A stretch of 62,465 nucleotides of DNA from a virus (Duplodnaviria; Caudoviricetes), in IMG/VR virus record IMGVR_UViG_3300048057_000022, positions 1 through 62,465 of that record; one strand, written 5' to 3'. The position numbers and the translations under genes are program-made. Shown here one piece after another: positions 23,756-33,383 of the stretch; positions within the stretch are counted from its first letter, which is position 1; each line of letters opens with the position of its first letter. Under the pieces are notes generated by a model. That model saw only the letters and a program-made list of their open reading frames with translations. It did not search any database and was not told where the DNA came from.

Positions 23756-24229
23756 CTACAACCTCCTTAGCTCCAGGTGGCCGAGGTCAAAAAATGTCTG
23801 GTCCGTGAGGCTCTGGTCGCCGTCCCAGTCACCGCCGTAACGCCAGCGATAGCCCCAGTCAGCCAGAAACTCCCGAGTCTCCCCCATGATGAGCCCAGCC
23901 ATGTGGTAGAACTCGTGCCCGTTGTTCCATCTCAAGTGGGGAGGATTGGGGAACCACGGGGCAAAATCAAAGGCCAGCGAGAGGGGCACCCCCACTTCCG
24001 TAGCGTGGCCCCTGACGATGTCCGCCTCCGTGGAGAGGTGGTTGTGCATACTCGTGGGCCAAGGGGTCTTACTCACCCCCTGTGCCACCAGTGAGTTCTG
24101 CAACTCCTCATCACGGAAGCAACTAATCACCGTGAAGTCGTAATACTTAATCGCCATGCCCGTCGTGTACCGAATCATCGGGTGGGCGGTGGCGAGGTTG
24201 GCCTTAGACCTCGAACCAAAGTTTGGCAT
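23756..24229 (-). CDS. endolysin, M15-family L-Ala-D-Glu peptidase-like
   Basis: FG.RS..NL, R...Q, SMH, AFD, GGDWD and DLGHLE motifs. Confidence 0.88.
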   Translation of the reverse strand: MPNFGSRSKANLATAHPMIRYTTGMAIKYYDFTVISCFRDEELQNSLVAQGVSKTPWPTSMHNHLSTEADIVRGHATEVGVPLSLAFDFAPWFPNPPHLRWNNGHEFYHMAGLIMGETREFLADWGYRWRYGGDWDGDQSLTDQTFFDLGHLELRRL

Positions 24230-24231
24230 GG

Positions 24232-24549
24232 CTAATCGTCGTCTTTCGTCACCTTCAGCTTGATCTCAGAGTAAGTACGTGAGCCGCTGGCAGCGATCAC
24301 CTCGCACTGCGCCACCAGTACGTGCCCTGGGTCCGCGGTAATGTCGTAAGGAAGGTCGAGTTCGTAGACACCATCCCCTATCTCGGTAGCCTCAGTCTCA
24401 GCTTGGATGGTCACCCCGAGTCTGACGATGGTCACGTTGATCGTGGCTCCCGTAAGGTCCTGCCAGACGTCGCTTATGTCGAGGTACTGGGCCGTCAGGA
24501 CCAGGGTTCCGTCTGACTTGTACTTCAGCGTCAATGGATTAGCTGTCAT
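24232..24549 (-). CDS. Ig-like beta-sandwich virion-associated protein
   Basis: DLTGATI.VTI..GDGVYEL pattern. Confidence 0.55.
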   Translation of the reverse strand: MTANPLTLKYKSDGTLVLTAQYLDISDVWQDLTGATINVTIVRLGVTIQAETEATEIGDGVYELDLPYDITADPGHVLVAQCEVIAASGSRTYSEIKLKVTKDDD

Positions 24550-24817
24550 TTTCTTGTTCCCTTACCTCTAGGTCCAGGTCCAGGTCGTGCTGGATCTCGG
24601 CACCCACCCTTAAGTCGTGTTTGATTGCTGCGTCCACCCGTACCGGCTGCCCATAGGACGCATGGACAAGGGTGAGGTAGTCGTCTACTACCAATCCAAC
24701 CAGGTCGGCGGCTGGATCGAGAGCTAGGTAGCCGCCAGTGACCGCGAAGTAATCACCCTGGGGGTCGCCATCGACAGCCAGGAAGTCGCCGGTCACTAGT
24801 GGCCACACAACGCTCAT
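24539..24817 (-). CDS. hypothetical protein
   Basis: A.IKHDL motif shared with the C-terminus of 28339-30990. Confidence 0.55.
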   Translation of the reverse strand: MSVVWPLVTGDFLAVDGDPQGDYFAVTGGYLALDPAADLVGLVVDDYLTLVHASYGQPVRVDAAIKHDLRVGAEIQHDLDLDLEVREQENDS

Positions 24818-24820
24818 CGC

Positions 24821-25288
24821 TTACTCCTCATCGTCCCCCTCGTCGTCCTTGTTCTCATCGTCGCCCCAGTCGTACAGTGGCCCCAGGCCGACGTAGACCC
24901 CTGGCTCGGGCTTGACCTTGCAGGACTTGAAGTCCGTGTCGGTCAGTTGGACGCCGTTGGTGGGGTTCTCCTCGTCCAGCAGTTTCTTGACTTCGTCGTC
25001 GAAAGCCTCCTGGTCCTCGAACGTGACTGTCCCCTCGACGTCCTGCCACTCCCCCGTCTCTTGACTCCTCTCGCGCCGAGGAACCTTCTTCCCGTCCTCC
25101 TTTATGGCGTGGCCCTCGATCAACAGCTTTCGGGCCTCGACAAAGGCTTCCTGGTGCTTCCTCGCCCACCTGAACATCCGGGCGATCTTCTTACTGGCTT
25201 CCGCACTCTTGTAGCCCCTCCCGCTGAGGATCTCCAGGGCAGAGTGGGCTTCCAGGATCTCCCTGGTCGTCATGGTTCCGTGCGACAT
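24821..25288 (-). CDS. hypothetical protein (possible fibre assembly chaperone)
   Basis: Helical, charged protein downstream of the fibre gene; GGAG SD. Confidence 0.6.
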   Translation of the reverse strand: MSHGTMTTREILEAHSALEILSGRGYKSAEASKKIARMFRWARKHQEAFVEARKLLIEGHAIKEDGKKVPRRERSQETGEWQDVEGTVTFEDQEAFDDEVKKLLDEENPTNGVQLTDTDFKSCKVKPEPGVYVGLGPLYDWGDDENKDDEGDDEE

Positions 25289-25323
25289 TACAACTCTCCA
25301 TCAGGAGTAAAGATGTCCCGTGT

Positions 25324-25614
25324 CTACGGGAGGGTGGTTTCTGCGGCCACCAGTACTTTGTCCAGCAAGCCTTGGAGGCCATTAAACTCTGCGGACGTGA
25401 GCCCCACGATCCCGGTCACGGGCGTCAGGTGCGGGATGGCATTTCCGCCACGCACCGGATTGACCCTGACCCCGTTCTGATCCAGGATGTAGAACTCATA
25501 CGTTGCCCGGTAACTGTTGTTCGGGTCCCCCTTATCAACATGGAGCCGAAGCTCGACCGATCCGATGCTGGTGGGGATCTGTGAAGGCTGTTCACCGAAA
25601 CTGTCTGAGGCCAT
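25324..25614 (-). CDS. hypothetical tail-fibre-associated protein
   Basis: AAGGAG SD; directly after the fibre gene. Confidence 0.6.
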   Translation of the reverse strand: MASDSFGEQPSQIPTSIGSVELRLHVDKGDPNNSYRATYEFYILDQNGVRVNPVRGGNAIPHLTPVTGIVGLTSAEFNGLQGLLDKVLVAAETTLP

Positions 25615-25632
25615 GATACATTCTCCTTCGGG

Positions 25633-28305
25633 TCAACTCATAATCCCATTGGCCACCAGGGCCGCCCTCATTGCTACCACCATGGCATGCAGGGCGCTCA
25701 TGTTAGCCCCGCTGTCTAGTCCATTTGCCCCGGCTCCATAGGCCGCTAGGGCACCCCCGGAGGCGTAGGCCGTTTGGGGTGATGCGGCATTACAGCCAAA
25801 CGCACCGACCACCTCCAAAGCGTCATCGGTCTTCAAAACGTCAGCCGCGCCCCGATACAGGTTCGTGTCGCCAGCCGCACCGAAAACCAGCTTGGCGGCA
25901 TTAGCCCGGATGCGGACCTCAGTGATAGTGGAACCGCCGAGGGCGACCTGGTAGCTGGCGTCTGTGTAGGAGTGGGCCCCGATGGCCGTGGAGTCAATCG
26001 CGTCCACCTTCTGGTTCACGGCGTCGAACCCAGCATAGTAGCCCAAGAACGTGTTGTAATTGCCGGAAGTGAGGGTCCTGCCAGCGTTGTGCCCAACGCC
26101 CACCACCCCCGTGGCTGAAATAGCCTCAAAGGACTGTACTCCAACGGCGATGTTGTTTTTGCCCGTAACATTCGAACCCAAAGCCAGGTAGCCGAGGGCG
26201 ACGTTGGAGCCCCCCTCAGTCAAGGAGTCCAAGGCATCCCGCCCGAGGGCGATGTTGTTTCCTCCAGTAGTACACTCTCCCAAGGCGCTCAAGCCGATGC
26301 CGACGTTGTAGTCGCCGTCCGTCAGGTCGTAGAGGGCACTTGGACCGATGCCGACATTCGAGCTTCCCGTGACGACGCCGAGGCCCATGGCGTTGTAGCC
26401 CACGGCCACATTGTTGCTTCCGGTCGTGAGGTTGGCCGAGGCTCCGTATCCCATGGCGAAATTGCGAAAGCCGCTCGTGACATCGTCCATCGCCTGGTAA
26501 CCGATGGCCGTGTTGTTGTCTCCGGTTGCGATGCCGGTTCCCATGGCTTTATAGCCGATGGCGGTAGAGTTATTGGCCTCCGTCAGGTTCGTGGCCGCAT
26601 AGCTCCCAATGGCGGTGTTCCGGGCTCCCGTGGTGAGGTCTTGGAGGGCCTGGTAGCCGAAGGCGTGGTTGTCGTCACTCTCTACCGCTCCCCCACTCAT
26701 GGCCTGGTAGCCCACGGCCATCGTTCGTCCTGCGGCATCGACCACGTTCTGCATGGCCTGGTAGCCAATGGCGATCCGACCATTGGCCGTGGTGATGGCC
26801 TGAAGGGTTTGGTAGCCGATGGCTACGTTGTAGTCACCCGTGGTGAGGGCTCCAAGGGCACCCTGTCCGACCGCAGTGTTGAAGCTGCCAGTGGTCAGGA
26901 CATCAAGGGTGTACGCCCCAACGGCTACGTTCCTGTCCCCCTCGGTACAAGCTGAGAGCGCGTTGACTCCCAACGCCATGTTGTATATGCCGGTCGTGGT
27001 CCCATCCAGGGCACCTGTCCCCACGCCCAGGGAGTTTGCATCTGCGGCCAACCCCTTCCAGATCCAGATGTCTCCGAGGACTTTCAGCGCATCGTCGGTG
27101 GCCAAGACGTCCGCCGCGCCCCGATACAGGTTCGTGTCGCCAGCCGCACCGAAGACGAGCTTCGCCGAGTCTGAACGAAAGCGGACCTCGGTGATGCTGA
27201 GATTCCCGAGTACCACCTGATTCGAGGCGTCAGTGTAGGCCGCGTACCCGATTCCAGTGGAGTTGGCGGCAGTCACTAACTGGCTGGCCTGATTTCCAGC
27301 ATCGTAGCCGATGAAGACGTTCTGACTCCCAGTCGTGAGATCCATCCCGGCCTGGTAACCAAAGGCTGCGTTCCCGTCTCCGGTAGCTACCGTCAGGGTG
27401 GACGTACCGATGGCTACGTTGTTGTTACAGTCCGTGCCCGTACCGAGAGCCGAGGTACCGATAGCAAGGTTGTTTGCTCCGGTGGTAAGTTGCTTCCCTG
27501 AATTGGCTCCCATCCCGGCGTTGTTGTACCCGGACGTCACGTCCTGGAGGGCGCGAAAACCGACCGCCGTATTTGAGTTGCCGGTCACCACCCCCTGCAA
27601 GGTCTGGTAACCGACTGCGGTTAGGGCGTACCCACCGTTGTCGTTATTGAGCGCGCCGCCTCCCAGAACCGTATTTCGGTACTCTTCGTTATTCCCGCTC
27701 CCAACCGTTACCCCATTTACATTGATGTCATCCGTGAAGATGAAGGCCCCGGCAGGGAAGGTTCCGGCTCCGACGTCTGCGGCTGTGATGGCCCCGCCGC
27801 CTCCGCTTTGGTCTACCCAGGCCAAGGCTCCGCCAGAGACGCCCAGGACCTTGTCGTTCGCCCCAATGGCCAACGCAGCAAGACTGTCCGCACCGTCAGC
27901 ATAGAGGAGGTCGCCCTCGGTCACTGTGGTCAGCCCAGTGCCTCCCTGGTCCACGGCGACGGTCGTACCTTCCCAGACCCCCGTCCCGATAGTCCCAAGC
28001 GTTGTGAGGGCCCCTGAGCCCGTCCAGTTGGGCAGAGAGCCGTCCTTGATGAGCAGGCTGTCTACGGTCACGCCCGAACCTGGGGTAGCCTCATCTATCG
28101 CATCAGCCTTCAGGCCGTTCAGAAGCGTGAGTAAGGGGGTAATCTCCCATGCCGCAGCACCGAAGTCGCCTTTCTTCACGCCACCAATACTCAGCCCCAC
28201 GTTATCCGCACCGATCCGATAGAAACCAGTATCCGGGTCGTCCACGTAGGTATACGCTGGCGCGTCTACCGCTCCGTCCAGGGTCTGGACCTTAAAGTCT
28301 GTCAT
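25633..28305 (-). CDS. tail fibre/spike with beta-roll (G..N.A.G..AL) repeats
   Basis: Many 14-aa NxAxGxxAL repeats; DPDTGFYR and VDQGGTG fibre motifs; 41-bp internal duplication (25844 and 27113). Confidence 0.8.
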   Translation of the reverse strand: MTDFKVQTLDGAVDAPAYTYVDDPDTGFYRIGADNVGLSIGGVKKGDFGAAAWEITPLLTLLNGLKADAIDEATPGSGVTVDSLLIKDGSLPNWTGSGALTTLGTIGTGVWEGTTVAVDQGGTGLTTVTEGDLLYADGADSLAALAIGANDKVLGVSGGALAWVDQSGGGGAITAADVGAGTFPAGAFIFTDDINVNGVTVGSGNNEEYRNTVLGGGALNNDNGGYALTAVGYQTLQGVVTGNSNTAVGFRALQDVTSGYNNAGMGANSGKQLTTGANNLAIGTSALGTGTDCNNNVAIGTSTLTVATGDGNAAFGYQAGMDLTTGSQNVFIGYDAGNQASQLVTAANSTGIGYAAYTDASNQVVLGNLSITEVRFRSDSAKLVFGAAGDTNLYRGAADVLATDDALKVLGDIWIWKGLAADANSLGVGTGALDGTTTGIYNMALGVNALSACTEGDRNVAVGAYTLDVLTTGSFNTAVGQGALGALTTGDYNVAIGYQTLQAITTANGRIAIGYQAMQNVVDAAGRTMAVGYQAMSGGAVESDDNHAFGYQALQDLTTGARNTAIGSYAATNLTEANNSTAIGYKAMGTGIATGDNNTAIGYQAMDDVTSGFRNFAMGYGASANLTTGSNNVAVGYNAMGLGVVTGSSNVGIGPSALYDLTDGDYNVGIGLSALGECTTGGNNIALGRDALDSLTEGGSNVALGYLALGSNVTGKNNIAVGVQSFEAISATGVVGVGHNAGRTLTSGNYNTFLGYYAGFDAVNQKVDAIDSTAIGAHSYTDASYQVALGGSTITEVRIRANAAKLVFGAAGDTNLYRGAADVLKTDDALEVVGAFGCNAASPQTAYASGGALAAYGAGANGLDSGANMSALHAMVVAMRAALVANGIMS

Positions 28306-28338
28306 CGTAGGCCCCTCTTCCTTTCCTGGTGCCCTAAA

Positions 28339-30990
28339 CTACACCCCTCTCGTGTACTTAACCAAGGCACTTAGGGTCAGGTCGTGTTTAATCGTAGCGT
28401 TCATGTCCAGTGGCCTCCCTTCAGTGGGGTCGCTCACCTCACCGACCGCCGCCAGGGCTGGCAGGGTCAGGTCCGCTGTCGCCGACACCTCGGGCTTGAC
28501 GAACGTAGCTGTCCCGCTGGCCTGAAGCGATGGCAGGGTTATATCTGCCGTCGCCTGATCCGGGTGCTGCGCCGTGCCTGACGCAGTTAGAGCGGGCAGG
28601 GAAATGGAGGCCGTGGCCTGGACCTCCGGCTTCACGAACGTAGCTGTACCGGACGCCTGGAGCGCGGGCAGAGCGACTCCCGCAGTGGCGCTAAACTCGG
28701 GCTTAACGAAGGTCGCGGTACCCGCAGCCACTAGCGCTGGCAATGTCAGGGCCGCCGTAGCCTGGTCGGGGTGCTGCACCGTACCCGTGGCCGTTAGCGC
28801 GGGCAATGTGAGCGAGGCGGTCGCCGACACCTCTGGCTTAACGAACGTCGCCGTGCCAGACGCCAGGAGGGCAGGAAGGTCCAGGGCCGCCGTCGCGTCG
28901 TGCTGCTGGAGGGCGTGGGTGGCGGTCCCGGAAGCGGTCAAGGCCGGTAGCGATAGGGCTGCGGTCGCCTGGACCTCCGGCTTCACGAACGTAGCTGTGC
29001 CAGAGGCCGTTAGCGCAGGTAGGCTAAGGTCTGCGTTCCCTACGTTGTCCGCGAGTATGTGTGAAGCCAAGCCAGAGGCCGTCAAGGCTGGCAGGGTTAG
29101 TGATGCCGTCGCCTGAACCTCGGGCTTAACAAAAGTTGCGGTGCCCGCCACAGTCAGGGCGGGCAGGGCTACGGAGGCCGTCCCCTGCGAGTGGGGGAAC
29201 TCCGCGGTACCGGACACCTGGAGCGCAGGAAGGCCGAGGCTCGCTGTGGCGCTGAGTTCAGGTTTGACGAAGGTGGCCGTACCGCTGGCGGTAAGTGCGG
29301 GAAGTGCCACCGACGCCGTGGCCTGAACCTCCGGCTTCACAAACGTAGCTGTACCCGCAGCCGTGAGTGCCGGGAGGTCCGGTGTGGCCGTGGCCTGAGA
29401 ATGAGGAAATTCAGCCGTCCCCGCAGCCGTCAAGGCCGGGAGCGTGAGGTTGGCCGAAGCCGAAGACTCGGGCTTCACAAATGTTGCCGTACCGCCTGCT
29501 GTGAGGGCTGGCAGTAGAAGGGCAGCGGAAGCCTGGTCTGGATGCTCGACAGTCCCGCTGGCTGTCAGTGCGGGGAGGCTGAGTGATGCCGTGGCCTGAA
29601 CTTCTGGTTTAACGAAGGTCACTGTACCGCTGGCAGTGAGCGCCGGAAGTGATACGGACGCCGTGCCGTTCGACTCTGGAGCCGCAGACGTCACCGTACC
29701 AGACGCAGTCAGCGCCGGTAGGTCGAGCGACGTGGTCGCCGACACCTCTGGCTTAACGAACGTCGCCGTGCCCGCCGCCGTGAGGGCGGGCAGGTCGAGC
29801 GACGCGGTGGCGTCATGGTCTGGGGGTACGTGGGTCGCCGTACCGGAGGCGGTCAACGAAGGAAGTGCGACAGAGGCCGTAGCGTTGTTTTCGCTACCCT
29901 CCGTGTACTCCAGGACCAGCGTGACTTGGCCGACCCCAAGGGCGGCGTGTTGAACCTCGGGGAAATCACACCCGCCCTGATGGTCGTCGGTCGTTTCGAC
30001 CATCCCAAAAGCCATCCTACCGACCGCCGTCTTGGCCGCTTCGATGATGGCATAGGACCCACCGGGGAGGGTGATAACCGCCTCGCCTTGGGTGCGAAAT
30101 GCAGTGATCCCAGTAACGGCTGGAGTGCCACCCTCTGCGCGAGAGTAGGCATTGGTGGCGCTGTCGTTTTCGGCGTCCCCCTGACCGTCGCTGTCATAAT
30201 AGTGCAGATTCCATAGGGAGTTCGCCGCTTCGGCAACGTTCCAGTGTCCCCACATATAAAAAGCGAGTTTCGCGCTGGTGATCTCCGCGTCGGCGGGTAG
30301 GTCGGTCAGATCGAACTGCCAGATACCTTTGACCTGGCCGTCGAGAGAATCGTTATAGCCTACATAATCGCCATCATCAGCGGGATGCTTGCCTGGGTTC
30401 GCGATTTCAACGTCCGCGCTATACTCCATCAGAACAGCGAGATCGTAGGACGGGGTTCCGACTGTGTAGTCGATGTCCAGCGTAGCCGCTGTTCCGTCAG
30501 AGGCGTCATCGAAATAAATGAAATCGTCACCAGCCGACCCACGGTTGTCCAGAAGCAACAGGTTGAGGGCGTTGTCGGGTACCCAAGCGATCAGGTCAAT
30601 AACGTCCTGCACCTCATCCGTGAAGTCCTCGGTCACGCTCCCGGTTGTGGTGCCATTGGTGTAAGCGTGGCTGGCCGCAACCGGGGTCCGATCATTGGGC
30701 GGTGTTGAACCATTACCAACCGGCCCTGCACCGTGGCTCAATTCAGCCGTACAAACGATCTGGGAGTTTGGGTCACCTGACGCAGCAAATACATTTATAG
30801 TTAGCGTGGCATCCGTGATCGTATCGCCATGCTCAATGTCGGGGATAATGAACCGCAGGGCCGTGTCCAGGGTGGCAGTTTGGGTTCCATAATACCCGGC
30901 AAAGAGGTAGGCATAGGCTCCGTACCATGCACCGCCCCATGCCCAGCGGTCATTGGCGTCTATGACGGTTTGGGTGGCGATGGAGGCCAT
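28339..30990 (-). CDS. virion fibre-like protein with Ala/Thr-rich repeat stalk
   Basis: Long run of repeats of type ATASLxLPALTASGTATFVKPE after two globular N-terminal domains. Confidence 0.75.
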   Translation of the reverse strand: MASIATQTVIDANDRWAWGGAWYGAYAYLFAGYYGTQTATLDTALRFIIPDIEHGDTITDATLTINVFAASGDPNSQIVCTAELSHGAGPVGNGSTPPNDRTPVAASHAYTNGTTTGSVTEDFTDEVQDVIDLIAWVPDNALNLLLLDNRGSAGDDFIYFDDASDGTAATLDIDYTVGTPSYDLAVLMEYSADVEIANPGKHPADDGDYVGYNDSLDGQVKGIWQFDLTDLPADAEITSAKLAFYMWGHWNVAEAANSLWNLHYYDSDGQGDAENDSATNAYSRAEGGTPAVTGITAFRTQGEAVITLPGGSYAIIEAAKTAVGRMAFGMVETTDDHQGGCDFPEVQHAALGVGQVTLVLEYTEGSENNATASVALPSLTASGTATHVPPDHDATASLDLPALTAAGTATFVKPEVSATTSLDLPALTASGTVTSAAPESNGTASVSLPALTASGTVTFVKPEVQATASLSLPALTASGTVEHPDQASAALLLPALTAGGTATFVKPESSASANLTLPALTAAGTAEFPHSQATATPDLPALTAAGTATFVKPEVQATASVALPALTASGTATFVKPELSATASLGLPALQVSGTAEFPHSQGTASVALPALTVAGTATFVKPEVQATASLTLPALTASGLASHILADNVGNADLSLPALTASGTATFVKPEVQATAALSLPALTASGTATHALQQHDATAALDLPALLASGTATFVKPEVSATASLTLPALTATGTVQHPDQATAALTLPALVAAGTATFVKPEFSATAGVALPALQASGTATFVKPEVQATASISLPALTASGTAQHPDQATADITLPSLQASGTATFVKPEVSATADLTLPALAAVGEVSDPTEGRPLDMNATIKHDLTLSALVKYTRGV

Positions 30991-31739
30991 TAGACCCGAA
31001 GCTCCAGCGGATAGATGACGTCGGTGCTAGGCGTAGCCAAATGAGTCGCCAGGTCTAACACCAAGACCTGAACGTCACCGCCATCGGAAAGGATGAAGTC
31101 CGTCGTCGTGGTGATGGTTTTTGTGCCGTCGCCGTTGTCTACCTCGGCAAGCCCATAGGATACGTGGAGCCGCCGTCGTGTATTGAGAGATCGCCGTGTC
31201 GGGTCCGTGACGACCCGGTCCACGTTATCCCGCCCGTAGTCGTCCCCGCCCCGGTCCAGGACCAGCCCAGACCCCACAGGCAGGATCACGGTAGAGGAGA
31301 AGCTAAGGGGGTGCCCCGGCCCCTTCAGGATCTTGAAGACGTCCACCCCATGGGGAGTTAGGGTCATCTTCACATCTAGGTTCGCTGCGACGTCCCTCCA
31401 GATCAGAACCTTCCCGTCAATAAGCGGCTTGTTCGATGGGGAAACGGATAGGCCCGAATCAACATCAACCCTCTCCCCGATGTCGGACGTGAACTGGTAA
31501 ACCCCAGGCCCGGTCGCCTCGATGTGATAAGGGACCTTCTCGGCCTCCCAGCGGTTCCCTACCCTCACCCAAGCGGGATCGAGATCCTGCCAAGCACTGT
31601 CCTTCCAGTGGCTCGTGGGGGCGACGGACGTGCTGACCCGCCGCTTTTTCTGCCCGGAGATGGCGTCGGTCCACTCGTAAATCTTGTGGTTCCTGCCACG
31701 TCCAACCATGACGGCACCGGGAGGGATAGGCTTCGCCAT
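30990..31739 (-). CDS. hypothetical virion-associated protein
   Basis: HWKD..WQDLD and YPLE. motifs; coupled to the next gene. Confidence 0.6.
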   Translation of the reverse strand: MAKPIPPGAVMVGRGRNHKIYEWTDAISGQKKRRVSTSVAPTSHWKDSAWQDLDPAWVRVGNRWEAEKVPYHIEATGPGVYQFTSDIGERVDVDSGLSVSPSNKPLIDGKVLIWRDVAANLDVKMTLTPHGVDVFKILKGPGHPLSFSSTVILPVGSGLVLDRGGDDYGRDNVDRVVTDPTRRSLNTRRRLHVSYGLAEVDNGDGTKTITTTTDFILSDGGDVQVLVLDLATHLATPSTDVIYPLELRV

Positions 31740-32359
31740 TAGGCCCCCAGCGTCAGATGTTCGAGCTTGAAGCGGCACTTGGCCTGATCTATTTCAGCCG
31801 CCGCCTTCTCTGGGTCAATCGGCCAGCCCAGCGACCGATAGACGCCCAAGGGGTCAGCCAGGAGGTCTTCCCGATAGCGAACTGTGGCAACGTGAACCAT
31901 GTCCCTCCTGGCCCGGATGTGGTTTTCCATGCTTCGAATCCGCGCTGCGTACCGCTCCATTTGAGCCTCAGCGGTGTCGAAGGTGAGCCAGGCCGGTGCC
32001 CGGTTCCGATCTCCCATCTGGGCAAACATCGCGTTCCAGCTTTGGCGGATTTCTTCCGGGTGGCGGGTGAGGATAACGACCTCGTAGGCGGCTGGTTCTA
32101 GGATACAGAACCTCTTCTCGTGCAGCTTCAGCGCCACACCACCAGGCCGGTCGTGGGCCAAGGGGAAGTCCGGTTCCGCAACCTGCCCCATGCCTGGCTC
32201 CCAATAGCGTTCATTGGCCCTGAAGGTCGCCGTGTCGAGTGCCCGGTTCCGGCGCTCGTCCACGGCAGGATCGAAGATGACGGGAAGCCCCCCGGCGTGC
32301 AGCCCTTCCACGAACCCCGAGGTGCCGCTTTTCTCAATCCCACCCGTCAGGTAAAACAA
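31739..32359 (-). CDS. sulfotransferase-family protein within the virion module
   Basis: 5'-PSB GIEKSGTS...L.AGG; 3'-PB ILTRHPEEIRQSW; VRY.EDLLADP; AGGAG SD with TTG start. Confidence 0.78.
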   Translation of the reverse strand: MFYLTGGIEKSGTSGFVEGLHAGGLPVIFDPAVDERRNRALDTATFRANERYWEPGMGQVAEPDFPLAHDRPGGVALKLHEKRFCILEPAAYEVVILTRHPEEIRQSWNAMFAQMGDRNRAPAWLTFDTAEAQMERYAARIRSMENHIRARRDMVHVATVRYREDLLADPLGVYRSLGWPIDPEKAAAEIDQAKCRFKLEHLTLGA

Positions 32360-32370
32360 ACGACGCTCCT

Positions 32371-32405
32371 AAAAAAAGGACAGACGAGTCCCCCCGTCTG
32401 CCCTT
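32371..32405 (-). terminator. intrinsic terminator just upstream of the sulfotransferase SD
   Basis: Minus strand GGGCAGACG-N8-CGTCTGTCC followed by T7. Confidence 0.75.
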
Positions 32406-32446
32406 GATGTGGTGTGTTTCTCAACATCCTAGCTGCCCACCTGGTC

Positions 32447-32842
32447 TTAGGATTCAGGCATGGTCACCGTAAACGCGGTCACCGTGACGACTCCACCAGC
32501 CACGATCGAAGAGTCGTCAAAGCTCAAGTCCCCCGAACCCTGTCCGCAGGACCCATCTAGGCGATACGTGTCGCCCGCATCCCTCAATCTGAACCAGGTT
32601 GTGGTACCAGAGGCGTTGGCGCTCGCGTCCTGCCAGGTGCCGTTCTTAGCTACCGCACCTGCCGCTGCGGCACCAAAGGCCGTGGCTGGCAGGGTGATGC
32701 TCGCAAGCAGCGACCCGGATGCGGCCGTGTCGGCGTCAGCGGGCTGCGCCCCGTCTCTGACCTCCAGGACCCCGCTGTCAAAGAACGCGGCGAACGCATC
32801 TGCGAGGGCGTTTACAACGCTGGTGTCAACTCTTACCGTCAT
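32447..32842 (-). CDS. conserved small virion structural protein
   Basis: G.QPADAD.AASG.LLA.ITL...AFG.A..G..A.ASGT.TWFR..DGS.G...GDL..D pattern. Confidence 0.75.
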   Translation of the reverse strand: MTVRVDTSVVNALADAFAAFFDSGVLEVRDGAQPADADTAASGSLLASITLPATAFGAAAAGAVAKNGTWQDASANASGTTTWFRLRDAGDTYRLDGSCGQGSGDLSFDDSSIVAGGVVTVTAFTVTMPES

Positions 32843-32915
32843 GATTCCCCTCCTGGGGTTGGGTCAACTCTTACCGTCATGATTCCCCTCCTGGGGTTGG
32901 GTCAACTCTTCCGTC
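32825..32915. repeat. 38-bp tandem duplication of an SD/start region (2 full copies plus a partial third)
   Basis: GTCAACTCTTACCGTCATGATTCCCCTCCTGGGGTTGG at 32825 and 32863; partial copy at 32901. Confidence 0.95.
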
Positions 32916-32951
32916 TTAATCTACGCCCGACACGTCGTCGGCAAAAGCGAT

Positions 32952-33371
32952 TTACGGACCGCGCCCTCCGGCGATCAACGTGTCCGGTGCGATATGGGCC
33001 TGCCCGACCGTCTGGCGCATGTGCTCTGCGAGGTTCGCGTCGATCCTGTCCACCTTTGCCTCGAAGGACGGGGGTGGAATCTGAAGTGTATCGATGGTGG
33101 CCTGAATCTTGTCGATGGCAGTTGAGTCACGAGCGAAGTTTCTTTCCACATCCTCCCTGAAGCGCTCTACGTTCATTATCAGGCTATCAATGTCCCGCAT
33201 GGCAGACAGGCTGGCGTTGGCGCCGCCGATTATCGCGGCGGTGACCAGCATCGCCACGATTCCCAGGGCCCACTTCGCAAGGTACCTTCCCCAACTGTCC
33301 CCGTTTCGTGACATGCTTTCCCTCACTGTCTTCGTGGGAGCGTCCGCCAGGGGGGTGGCGTTGGTGCCCAT
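32952..33371 (-). CDS. single-TM coiled-coil protein
   Basis: TM segment WALGIVAMLVTAAIIGG followed by a heptad region. Confidence 0.6.
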   Translation of the reverse strand: MGTNATPLADAPTKTVRESMSRNGDSWGRYLAKWALGIVAMLVTAAIIGGANASLSAMRDIDSLIMNVERFREDVERNFARDSTAIDKIQATIDTLQIPPPSFEAKVDRIDANLAEHMRQTVGQAHIAPDTLIAGGRGP

Positions 33372-33383
33372 GCTTGCCTCCAG

